Source: Dehalococcoidia bacterium (GTDB lineage: Bacteria > Chloroflexota > Dehalococcoidia > UBA2979). From it: 64,000 nt of DNA. Positions within the stretch are counted from its first letter, which is position 1; every line of letters begins with the position of its first letter. Made by a program: the position numbers and the translations under genes. The notes below the pieces were generated by a model. That model was not told where the DNA came from, did not search any database, and was given only the letters and a program-made list of their open reading frames with translations. The DNA lies in the NCBI GenBank assembly GCA_020634075.1, contig JACKCJ010000013.1, forward strand, positions 3,298-67,297. Direction: 5' to 3'. This document shows, piece after piece, positions 46,172 to 54,467 of this stretch.

Positions 46172-48421
46172 TCAGGAGCACTTCGAGTAGCCGCACGCCT
46201 GGCAGGTGAGGCAGCGCTCGAGGTATTCGAGCTGCTCGCCGCAGTCCGGGCACGTGAGGCCGGACATCGTCCGTTCGCCCTCCACGCGCGGCAACTCGAC
46301 GCCGAAGCGGAGCCGCAGCCAGCGGAAGACATAATCGAGGATGCTCGTCGCGAACGGGATGTCCGGGTTCGACGTGATTCCGTACGGCTCGAAGCGTGTC
46401 TGCTCGAGCTTTGCGGCGATCTTCTCGAGGCCCACCCCGTACTGGAGCGAGATCGAGGTCAGGAGGGCGACCGCGTCCGTCAGGCCGGAGACCGTCGAGC
46501 CTTCCTTGGCGATCTTGATGAAGACCTCACCGGGCGTGCCGTCCTCGAAGAGCCCGACCGTGACGTAGCCCTCCTGCTCGCCCACGCGGAACTTGTGCGT
46601 GATCGACTGGCGCTCGTCCGGGAGGTGGCGACGGTAGGGCGCCGGCGCGGGCGTACCCGTGGAGGCCGGCGCCTCGCGCGGCTCGTGCGCGAGCACCTGC
46701 ACGGCTCGAGAGCCGTCCCGGTAGACCGTGACGCCCTTGCAGCCGAGCCGGTGCGCCAGCAGGTAGACGTCGCGGATGTCGGCGGCGGTCGCCTCGCGCG
46801 GGAGGTTCACGGTCTTCGAGACCGCGAGGTCCGTGTGTTCCTGGAACGCTGCCTGCATGCGGACGTGCCAGGGGGGCGCGATGTCGTGTGCGGTGGCGAA
46901 CCACGCGCGGATGTCCTCGGGCACCTCGGTGCGGTCGCCGAGGCGGTCACCGTGTGCGAGGTCGTCCATGAGGTCTTCGCTCCAGAAGCCACGCTCGCGC
47001 GCGACTTCCTGGAAGCGTGCGTTCACCTCGGGCAGGATCGTGCCGTCGCCCATGCGCCGGTAGTGCGCGAGCGAGAAGTACGGCTCGATGCCGGACGACG
47101 CGCCCGCGATGATCGCGATCGTGCCGGTCGGGGCGATACAGGTGCGGGTGGCGTTCCGGAAGCGCCGGTTGGCGCCGTGCGGGCCGTAGATCGACTGCTC
47201 CCAGTTCGGGAACACGCCCTTCTCCGTGCCCAGCGCCTCGGAGACCCCGTCGGCCGCGTCCTGGATGTGCGCCATCACGCGCGCGCCGAGGGCGAGCGCT
47301 TCGTCCGAGGCGTACGGGATCGCGGCGGCGTTGAGGGCGTCCGCCCAGCCCATCACGCCGAGCCCGATCTTCCGGTTGCCGCGCACGGCCTCCGTGATCT
47401 GTGGGACCGGGAACTCGTTGACCTCGACGACCCCGTCGAGGAAGCGCGCGGCGACGCGGACCGTCGCTGCGAGGGCGTCCCAGTCGAAGTCACGGGCGTC
47501 GGCGTCCCAGAACAGCCCGAGGTTCACCGAGCCGAGCGTGCACGCCTCCCAGGGCAGGAGGGGCACCTCGCCGCACGGGTTGGTCGCCTCGATCGCGCCG
47601 AGGGCGGGCGTTGGGTTCGTCGCGTTGATTGTGTCGAGGAAGATCAGGCCCGGGTCACCGGTCTGCCACGCGGAGTCCACGATCTCGTCGAGCAGTTCGC
47701 GCGCATCGACCTCGCCGCGTGGAGCGCCGTCGCGCGGGTCGCGGAGCGTGAAGCGACGCGCGGACTCGGAACTGGCCGCGGCCGCGTCCATGAACTCCTG
47801 CGTGACGGCCACCGAGACGTTGAAGCGCGTCGCGGTGATGCCGTCGTCCTTGGCGTGGATGAACTCGCGGATGTCGGGGTGGTCGACGCGCAGGACGCCC
47901 ATGTTGGCGCCGTCGCGCTTCCCCCCCTGCGTCACCAGCCGCGACACGTCGTCATAGTGCCTGAGGACGCTCACAGGGCCGCAGGCGGCACCGTGGGTGG
48001 TCCGGATGGCCTCGCCCTTGCCTCGGAGGTTCGAGAACGAGAAGCCGGTGCCGCCGCCGTACTTCTGCACCATCGCCGTCGCCTCGGCCGTGGCCATGAT
48101 CGACTCGAGGGTGTCCTCCACCGGGAGGACGAAGCACGCGGCGAGGGTGCCCTGGCCGGTCCCCGCGTTCATCAGCGTCGGGGAGTTGGGCAGGAAGCGG
48201 AGCGCAGCCATCTCGTCGTAGTAGCGCTGCGCCCACTCGCGCCGGAGCTCCTCGGTGGCCTCGCAGGACGCGATGTGCAGCGCCACGCGGGCGAGGAGCT
48301 CCTCGGGCGTCTCGCGCACGTTGCCCTCGGCGTCGCGCAGCAGATAGCGCCGCTCGAGGACGGTGCGAGCGTTGTCGGTCAGCGTGACCGGGGTCAGGCG
48401 GAGGTCGGCGGTGGTGACCAT
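46172..48421 (-). CDS. nrdJ: class II (adenosylcobalamin-dependent) ribonucleotide reductase
   Basis: 749 aa. RYLLRD, FLPNSPTLMNAG, TNPCGEVPLLPWEACTLGS. C-terminal zinc ribbon CPDCGEQLEYLERCLTCQACGYSKC. Confidence 0.95.
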   Translation of the reverse strand: MVTTADLRLTPVTLTDNARTVLERRYLLRDAEGNVRETPEELLARVALHIASCEATEELRREWAQRYYDEMAALRFLPNSPTLMNAGTGQGTLAACFVLPVEDTLESIMATAEATAMVQKYGGGTGFSFSNLRGKGEAIRTTHGAACGPVSVLRHYDDVSRLVTQGGKRDGANMGVLRVDHPDIREFIHAKDDGITATRFNVSVAVTQEFMDAAAASSESARRFTLRDPRDGAPRGEVDARELLDEIVDSAWQTGDPGLIFLDTINATNPTPALGAIEATNPCGEVPLLPWEACTLGSVNLGLFWDADARDFDWDALAATVRVAARFLDGVVEVNEFPVPQITEAVRGNRKIGLGVMGWADALNAAAIPYASDEALALGARVMAHIQDAADGVSEALGTEKGVFPNWEQSIYGPHGANRRFRNATRTCIAPTGTIAIIAGASSGIEPYFSLAHYRRMGDGTILPEVNARFQEVARERGFWSEDLMDDLAHGDRLGDRTEVPEDIRAWFATAHDIAPPWHVRMQAAFQEHTDLAVSKTVNLPREATAADIRDVYLLAHRLGCKGVTVYRDGSRAVQVLAHEPREAPASTGTPAPAPYRRHLPDERQSITHKFRVGEQEGYVTVGLFEDGTPGEVFIKIAKEGSTVSGLTDAVALLTSISLQYGVGLEKIAAKLEQTRFEPYGITSNPDIPFATSILDYVFRWLRLRFGVELPRVEGERTMSGLTCPDCGEQLEYLERCLTCQACGYSKCS

Positions 48422-48475
48422 GGATCGAGGATCGCACAGTCGGGGTCGGTTCTGGGACTGCGGATGGCAGTCGCT

Positions 48476-48518
48476 GCAGAAAAGCGGACGCCCCGCGGGC
48501 GGGTGATGCGGGGCGTCC
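48476..48518 (-). terminator. intrinsic terminator between nrdR and nrdJ
   Basis: Minus strand GGACGCCCCGC-atcacccgccc-GCGGGGCGTCC, followed by GCTTTTCT. It ends 55 nt upstream of the nrdJ ATG. Confidence 0.65.
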
Positions 48519-48572
48519 TATGTGGCGGGAACGTGCTGTGTCGGGCCCGAGTCCTGCTCGGGTGGGTGAGGG

Positions 48573-49175
48573 CTACCGCGCCCGTCGCGCGTCGAGGGAG
48601 ACCGGCTCGCGGTCGACGTCCTCAGTCGTGGCGACGGCCTCCTCGCGGACGGGCGGGACCTCGCCGCGGATGAGGGAGTCCATGTCGTCCTCGAACAGGC
48701 GAGCCTGCTCCGGGGCGAGGGCGAACGGTCCGGCGTTCGCCATGCGGTTCAGCTCCTCCAGCATCTCGTCCAGCGAGACGAACTGGTGGTAGACGGACGC
48801 GAAGCGGATGTAGGCGATCGGGTCGAGGCCCTTGAGGCGCGTGATCGCCATCTCGCCGACGACGCGGCTGGGGATCTCGCGACGACCTGAGCCGAGCAGG
48901 CGGCCCTCGATGTCGTCGACGATGGCCTCGATCGAGCCGGTCGGCAACGGACGCTTCTGGGCGGCGATGCGCAGGCCGGCCAGGAGCTTCTCGCGGTTGA
49001 ACTCTTCGCGGCGCCCGTCCTTCTTCACGACCATGACCACGGCACGCTGGATCTGCTCGACGGTGGTGAACCGCTCGTCGCAGCCCTCGCACTCGCGGCG
49101 GCGGCGGATGCCGGCCTCGGTCGTGCGGGAGTCGATCACTTTGCTCGTGTCATGGCCACAGAAGGGGCACTTCAT
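48573..49175 (-). CDS. nrdR: transcriptional repressor NrdR
   Basis: MKCPFCGHDTSKVIDSRTTEAGIRRRRECEGCDERFTT (zinc ribbon) plus an ATP-cone. Unusually it has an approximately 50-aa C-terminal tail. ATG 49175 was chosen. Confidence 0.95.
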   Translation of the reverse strand: MKCPFCGHDTSKVIDSRTTEAGIRRRRECEGCDERFTTVEQIQRAVVMVVKKDGRREEFNREKLLAGLRIAAQKRPLPTGSIEAIVDDIEGRLLGSGRREIPSRVVGEMAITRLKGLDPIAYIRFASVYHQFVSLDEMLEELNRMANAGPFALAPEQARLFEDDMDSLIRGEVPPVREEAVATTEDVDREPVSLDARRAR

Positions 49176-49390
49176 CAGAGGTGTCAGCGCTCTCGTTGGG
49201 GGAGGGGCGGTGGTTGGAACCGGGGTGGGGCGCGCCGGTGGTGAGTTCGGAGTATTGGCCCCACAGCCCGTGCCCTCAACGGGAGGCATCCACATCGTTG
49301 TCGCCCAGTTGTCCCCAAGTCTGGGGATACGAGGGCACAACCTCGCGGAATCCTGTTGAGCACGGCCGTGCGAGGCGCTCGGATGGCCCG

Positions 49391-49426
49391 AGACAGACGA
49401 ACGGGGCGGCCGTGAGGCCGCCCCGT
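49391..49426 (-). terminator. intrinsic terminator after ftsZ
   Basis: Minus strand ACGGGGCGGCC-TCAC-GGCCGCCCCGT, followed by TCGTCTGTCT. It lies 22 nt after the ftsZ stop. Confidence 0.65.
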
Positions 49427-49448
49427 CGCATGGTCGCTGTCCTCGGCG

Positions 49449-51212
49449 CTAGCGCGTCGGGAAGGAGCGGCGGAGGAACGTCGGCAGGTCCGCCTCGGTG
49501 AGGGCGTCGGGCGAGGTCGGGTCGGGCTTGATCTGCCCGAGCTTGATCGGCTCGATGTCCTCCTGCTGGTCCAGCACCTGCTTCATGCTGAGCTTCTTCA
49601 CGCCGCTGAAGCCCGTGGCGATGAGCGTGATCCGGACCTCGTCCTTGAGGCTGTCGTCCAGGCTCGTGCCGAAGATGATCTCCGCCTCCGGGTCCACCAC
49701 GCTCGCGATGACGCGGGCGGCGGAGTCCAGCTCGCGGAGGCCGAGGTCCCGGGGCCCCGTGACGTTGAACAGCACGCCCGTCGCGCCGGTGATGTCGACC
49801 TCGAGCAGCGGGCTCGAGATCGCCTGCCGGGCGGCGTCAGTGGCGCGGTTCTCGCCGCGGCCGGCGCCGATGGCCATGAGGGCCGGGCCGGCGTCCGACA
49901 TGATCTTGCGGACGTCCGCGAAGTCCAGGTTCACGAGGCCCGGCACCGTGATCAGCTCGCTGATGCCCTGGATGCCCTGCCGGAGCACGTCGTCCGCCAT
50001 CGAGAAGGCTTCCTCGATGGAGACCTTGTCGTCGCCGAGCTGCAGGAGCCGGTCGTTGTGGATCACGATGAGCGTGTCCACCTTGTCCTGCAGGTCGCGG
50101 ACGCCTTCCTCCGCCTGCTGGCGGCGCTTGGCGCCCTCGAACGTGAAGGGCTTCGTGACCACGCCGATGGTGAGGGCGCCCATCTCCCGGGCGACCTCTG
50201 CCACGATCGGGGCGGCGCCGGTGCCGGTGCCGCCGCCGAGGCAGGCGGTAACGAAGACCATCTCCGCGCCGGCAAGCGCCTCCGCGATCGCCTCGCGGGA
50301 TTCCTCGGCGGAGCGAGCGCCGCGCAGCGGGTCGGCGCCGGCGCCGAGGCCGCGGGTGAGCCGGTCGCCGATGCGGACGCGGATCTCAGCCTTGCAGTGC
50401 TCCAGCGCCTGCATGTCCGTGTTCATCGCCACGTACTGCACGCCCGGGAGGCGGGCGCCCAGCATGCGGTTCACGGCGTTCGTGCCGCCGCCGCCAACAC
50501 CGACCACCTTGATGGGCGGCAGACCTTCAAACTCGACCATCTGGGTACCTTCCGTTCGTGCGGGCTTCGCTGCCCGCGGGGGTGGAGGGCTGCTGGTGCC
50601 GTAGCCGCTACGCGGTGCGTGCGCGCTCGGAGCCTCCGCCTTCGGGCTCGTCTGCTCCCCCTGCGGGGCACGGGTGGTCTTCGCCTCCGCAGCGGGCGCT
50701 GCTGAGGACTTGGCTGCTGAGGACTTGGTGGCCGCTGCCGAGGCCTTGGGGGCGTCGACCTGGGCGGCTTCGAGTTCCGCGAGGATCGACTTGTAGTCCG
50801 TCTCGTATTCGGACGAGTGGCCCGGGGGCGCCGGGTCCGCCGCGAGGTCGAGCGACGCCGCAGCCTGCTCGGTCGCGCTCTGGGCCTCCGCCGACGGCAT
50901 GACGGCCGACGAGGCCGCCGTGATCACCGGCGCGAGAGGCTCCTCGGCCGGCTGCGCCGCTGCCGGCTCGTTCTCCGTCGCGTCTTCGGCCGTGCCCGTC
51001 TCGATGATCGGGGCCTGCTCGACCGCGAGGGCGGCCTGTGGGGCATCCTCGACGTCGTCCGTGGCTTCGGCGTCGTCCTCCGGCGAGGGGACGACGGACA
51101 GGCGGCGCTCATGCACCTCCTGCCGGGCCGCGGCCAGGTAGTCGAAGAGCGTGCCACCGCCCATCGGGTCTCCGCCCTCGTTGGGGCGGTGTGACCGTTC
51201 CTGCTCGTTCAT
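49449..51212 (-). CDS. ftsZ: cell division GTPase FtsZ, long form (587 aa); canonical core starts at internal ATG 50540
   Basis: Core [34 protein letters not shown], and C-terminal peptide DLPTFLRR. The frame stays open with coding-type GC3 for 224 codons upstream, up to ATG 51212, which has an SD. Confidence 0.9.
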   Translation of the reverse strand: MNEQERSHRPNEGGDPMGGGTLFDYLAAARQEVHERRLSVVPSPEDDAEATDDVEDAPQAALAVEQAPIIETGTAEDATENEPAAAQPAEEPLAPVITAASSAVMPSAEAQSATEQAAASLDLAADPAPPGHSSEYETDYKSILAELEAAQVDAPKASAAATKSSAAKSSAAPAAEAKTTRAPQGEQTSPKAEAPSAHAPRSGYGTSSPPPPRAAKPARTEGTQMVEFEGLPPIKVVGVGGGGTNAVNRMLGARLPGVQYVAMNTDMQALEHCKAEIRVRIGDRLTRGLGAGADPLRGARSAEESREAIAEALAGAEMVFVTACLGGGTGTGAAPIVAEVAREMGALTIGVVTKPFTFEGAKRRQQAEEGVRDLQDKVDTLIVIHNDRLLQLGDDKVSIEEAFSMADDVLRQGIQGISELITVPGLVNLDFADVRKIMSDAGPALMAIGAGRGENRATDAARQAISSPLLEVDITGATGVLFNVTGPRDLGLRELDSAARVIASVVDPEAEIIFGTSLDDSLKDEVRITLIATGFSGVKKLSMKQVLDQQEDIEPIKLGQIKPDPTSPDALTEADLPTFLRRSFPTR

Positions 51213-51264
51213 CGCACCTCACCTTCCCGGCGCTTGCGGCATCGCCGAGCGCTCATTCGGGTGG

Positions 51265-52503
51265 TCATTGGGGAAGGATGACCCGCATCAAATGCGCCAC
51301 TTTCTTGAAGATCCCGCCCAGTGCCGGTGCGGCGACCGGCGTGGAACGGAACATGATTTCCTGCTCCTTCAGGGCCCAGCGCAGGAGCCCCACGGATGTC
51401 GCGTAGGCGGGGTCATGGAGCAGGTCCGACAGCCCCGCCAGGTGCTGAGGACGGCCCACGCGAGCGGGCAGCCCCATCACCTCTTCGGCCAGTAGATCGA
51501 TGCCCGGGACGGCGGAGGCGCCGCCGGACAGCACGATGCCCGCGGAGAGCACCTCGGGGTCGGCCCCGCGGCGGATCTCAGCCAGCACCAGTTCGAACAA
51601 CTCTTCCGTCCGCGCCTGGAGGACCTGCGCGAGCAGCCGCCGTGGCATCTGCTTCGAGCCCTCCGAGCCGAACGCCTCCACCTCGACTTCTTCGTCCTCC
51701 GCGACCATCGAGGGGATGACGTGTCCGTACTTCCGCTTCGCCTGCTCGGCGGCCGGCTGCGGGACCCGCAGCGCCACCACCAGGTCGCGCGTCATGTGGA
51801 CGCCGCCGATGGGCAGCACGGCGGTGTGCACCACCGCGCCGTCCACGAACACCGCCACGTCCGTCGTCCCGCCGCCGATGTCGACGATGACGACGCCCTG
51901 CTGCATCTCCTCGCGGGAGAGCACGGCTTCAGCCGACGCCAGCGGCTCGAGGATGAGCGACTCGACGCGGACGCCGGCGCCCTCCACGCACTGCATGAGG
52001 TTGTGCATCGCCGAGGACGAGGAGGTGACGACGTGCGTCTCCACGTCCAGCCGTGAGCCGAACATGCCGCTCGGGTCGATGACGTGGTCCTGGCCGTCCA
52101 CGACGTAGTACCGCGGCACCACGTGGATGACCTCGCGGTTCGTCGGGACGTTCACGATGCGGGCGCTTTCGAGGGCGCGCGCGACGTCGTCATCGGTGAT
52201 CGGGTGGCGCGGGTCGCCGATGGCCACGATGCCCCTCGAGTTCATCGAGGAGACGTGGGGGCCGGCGATGCCGACATGGGCGGAGAGGATCCGCGTCCCC
52301 GAGGCGCGTTCAGCGCGCTCCACGGACGAGGCGATCGCCTCGATGCCCGCCTGGATGTTGTCCACCATCCCGCGGGCGAGGCCCGCGGACGGTCCGACCC
52401 CGACACCGAGGATCCGGAGATCCTGGTGCTGGTCCACCTCGGCGACGATCGTGCAGATCTTCGTCGTCCCAACATCGATAGCGGCGATGCTGTGATTGGC
52501 CAT
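51265..52503 (-). CDS. ftsA: cell division protein FtsA
   Basis: MANHSIAAIDVGTTKICTIVAEV; actin-fold motifs DIGGGTTDVAVF and VLSGGASAVPG; C-terminal amphipathic helix GGIFKKVAHLMRVIL. ATG 52503 was chosen. Confidence 0.93.
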   Translation of the reverse strand: MANHSIAAIDVGTTKICTIVAEVDQHQDLRILGVGVGPSAGLARGMVDNIQAGIEAIASSVERAERASGTRILSAHVGIAGPHVSSMNSRGIVAIGDPRHPITDDDVARALESARIVNVPTNREVIHVVPRYYVVDGQDHVIDPSGMFGSRLDVETHVVTSSSSAMHNLMQCVEGAGVRVESLILEPLASAEAVLSREEMQQGVVIVDIGGGTTDVAVFVDGAVVHTAVLPIGGVHMTRDLVVALRVPQPAAEQAKRKYGHVIPSMVAEDEEVEVEAFGSEGSKQMPRRLLAQVLQARTEELFELVLAEIRRGADPEVLSAGIVLSGGASAVPGIDLLAEEVMGLPARVGRPQHLAGLSDLLHDPAYATSVGLLRWALKEQEIMFRSTPVAAPALGGIFKKVAHLMRVILPQ

Positions 52504-52519
52504 CAGCACACGTCCTTCG

Positions 52520-53401
52520 TCATCGCAGCACCACGTTCCGACCGAAGCGGAGGTCAACCTCCGCGACCTGGGGAGAGCCGGTCGCTTCGCGCTCGCTGAG
52601 CTGACGGAGCACCTGCTCGAAGGCCTCAACCTTGAACTCGTAGTTGGACGAGTCGCCAAACACCGCGTCGGGGCCGTCCTGGGCGATGACCGTGAGGCCA
52701 CGGTCACGCTGGAACACCCACGCCGTCGGCGTGAGCCCCGCTTCCTGGAAGACGCGGTCCTCGATGAGCCGTGCGACGAGGTGGACGGTGTCGGGGTCGG
52801 CGCCCTTCCCGTCCTCCAGGTCACGCGGCGAAGCGAGATCGATGATGGTGGGAGCGTCCTCGGGCGCCGGGCGGGACGCGCGGAGGACGTTGCCGTCCGC
52901 GTCGATCACCTGCACGCGGCCGGCCGTCTGCCAGTAGCCCCAGGCCTGGTGCTCCTCGATGGTCACGTGCACCGAGTTGGGCCACGCGCGCTCGACGGTC
53001 ACGGACTTCACCGCCGGGAGGAGGGCGATCTCCTGCTCGGCCTTCGTGGTGTCCAGCGTGAGCATGGACTCGCCGCCGAGCTGGCTCACCGCCGCGACCT
53101 GGCGCGCGCCGACGACCTGGGCGCCGCTGACGTCGATGTTCATCACGCGCAGCGAGTCGCCGGTGAGCAGCCACGCCGCCCCGTAGATGACGCTCGACGC
53201 GGCCACGAGGCCGCCGAGGGCGACGCCGATGCGACGCCACGGCACGTGGAACTCCCGCGGCGGCTTCGGTCGCTCCGCGCGGGCGAGGGTGTACTGGCGC
53301 TGCGGAGCGCGCGAGGACATCGCGCGGCCGCTGACGCCGCGCGGGTTGTAGCGGCGCTGGCGGCGCCCGGGCAGGCGGAGGTTCCCGAACGGGTTACGCA
53401 T
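52520..53401 (-). CDS. ftsQ: cell division protein FtsQ/DivIB (POTRA domain)
   Basis: 293 aa. Arg-rich cytoplasmic N-terminus, one TM (IGVALGGLVAASSVIYGAAWLL), then a POTRA-like VMNIDVSGAQVV. Overlaps the ddl end by 8 nt. Confidence 0.85.
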   Translation of the reverse strand: MRNPFGNLRLPGRRQRRYNPRGVSGRAMSSRAPQRQYTLARAERPKPPREFHVPWRRIGVALGGLVAASSVIYGAAWLLTGDSLRVMNIDVSGAQVVGARQVAAVSQLGGESMLTLDTTKAEQEIALLPAVKSVTVERAWPNSVHVTIEEHQAWGYWQTAGRVQVIDADGNVLRASRPAPEDAPTIIDLASPRDLEDGKGADPDTVHLVARLIEDRVFQEAGLTPTAWVFQRDRGLTVIAQDGPDAVFGDSSNYEFKVEAFEQVLRQLSEREATGSPQVAEVDLRFGRNVVLR

Positions 53402-54467
53402 GCGCCACCCGCCGTTCCGCGTGCCGCTCGAGGGCGAAGTCCACGAGCCGCGAGATCAGCTGGGAGTAGGAAACGCCGGCTTCCTGCCAGAGGCGCGGGT
53501 ACATCGAGATCGGGGTGAAGCCCGGGAGGGTGTTCACCTCGATGCACTTCACGCCGCCGTCCGGCTCCACGAAGAAGTCGACGCGGGAGAGGCCTGAGCA
53601 GTCCAGCGCCTTGAAGGCGCGGACGGCATAGTCCTGCACGAGCGCGGCGACCTTCTCATCGACGCGCGCGGGCACGATCAGCGCGGCCGTGTCGTCGAGG
53701 TACTTCGCGGCGTAGTCGTAGAACTCGGTGCTCGGGGCGATCTCCCCGAGCGGTGACGGCTTCGGGTCGTGGTGCCCGAGGACGGCGCACTCGACCTCCT
53801 GGCCCTCGAGGGCGGCCTCGACGAGCACCTTCCGGTCGAAGCGGCCGGCCTCGGCGATCGCGTCGCCGATGTCCTCGCGGGAGCGGGCCTTGGTCACGCC
53901 GACGGACGAGCCGCCGTTCGCGGGCTTCACGAAGCACGGGTAGCCGATGGCGGCCCCGATCGCGTCGAGCTGCGCCTCGGTGGGCGCGGCGACTTCGTCG
54001 TCGCGGAGGACGACGTAGGCGGCCTGCGGGATCTGGTGCGCCGCGAAGACCGCGCGCATCAGCTCCTTGTCCATGCCGACGGCGCTCGCAGCGACGCCCG
54101 GCCCGACGTAAGGCAGGTCGGCCATCTCGAGCAGCCCCTGCATCGTGCCGTCCTCCCCGAAGGTGCCGTGCACGATCGGGAACACGACGTCCGCGGATCG
54201 CAGCGTCGCGAGCACCTCGAGGTAGGCGAAGGCGCCACCGCCGAAGTCGTCGCCGATGTCGCGACGCTCGCCGGCCTCGACCTGCGCGAGGCGCTCGCGG
54301 GTCTCATCCTCGGAGAGCCATGCGCCGCGCTTGGTGATGCCCACGGGGATCACCTCGAAGCGGTCGGTGTCTGCCTCGCGCATCACGCCGCGAGCGGAGG
54401 TCACGGAGACCTCGTGCTCGGCGGAGCGCCCGCCGAAGATCACGGCCAGCCGCTGCTTCGCGGTCAC
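53394..54467 (-). CDS. ddl: D-alanine--D-alanine ligase
   Basis: LAVIFGGRSAEHEVSVTSA, HGTFGEDGTMQGLLE, FVKPANGGSSVG, EVNTLPGFT. Confidence 0.95.
   Translation of the reverse strand: MTAKQRLAVIFGGRSAEHEVSVTSARGVMREADTDRFEVIPVGITKRGAWLSEDETRERLAQVEAGERRDIGDDFGGGAFAYLEVLATLRSADVVFPIVHGTFGEDGTMQGLLEMADLPYVGPGVAASAVGMDKELMRAVFAAHQIPQAAYVVLRDDEVAAPTEAQLDAIGAAIGYPCFVKPANGGSSVGVTKARSREDIGDAIAEAGRFDRKVLVEAALEGQEVECAVLGHHDPKPSPLGEIAPSTEFYDYAAKYLDDTAALIVPARVDEKVAALVQDYAVRAFKALDCSGLSRVDFFVEPDGGVKCIEVNTLPGFTPISMYPRLWQEAGVSYSQLISRLVDFALERHAERRVAHA

Noticed and set aside
48422-48572. A cobalamin riboswitch or canonical NrdR boxes in front of nrdJ.
   Set aside because: I see no B12-box-like sequence, and the spacer is too short for a cobalamin aptamer. 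I could not match the AT-rich 16-bp NrdR palindrome. Only the terminator hairpin is well supported.
50541-51212. The region upstream of canonical FtsZ could be a separate gene (e.g. sepF or zapA-like) or untranslated spacer.
   Set aside because: There is no stop codon between ATG 51212 and the FtsZ core, so it cannot be a separate protein in this frame. The other frames lack coding signature, and the third-position G/C bias argues against non-coding DNA. It is retained as an FtsZ extension finding instead.
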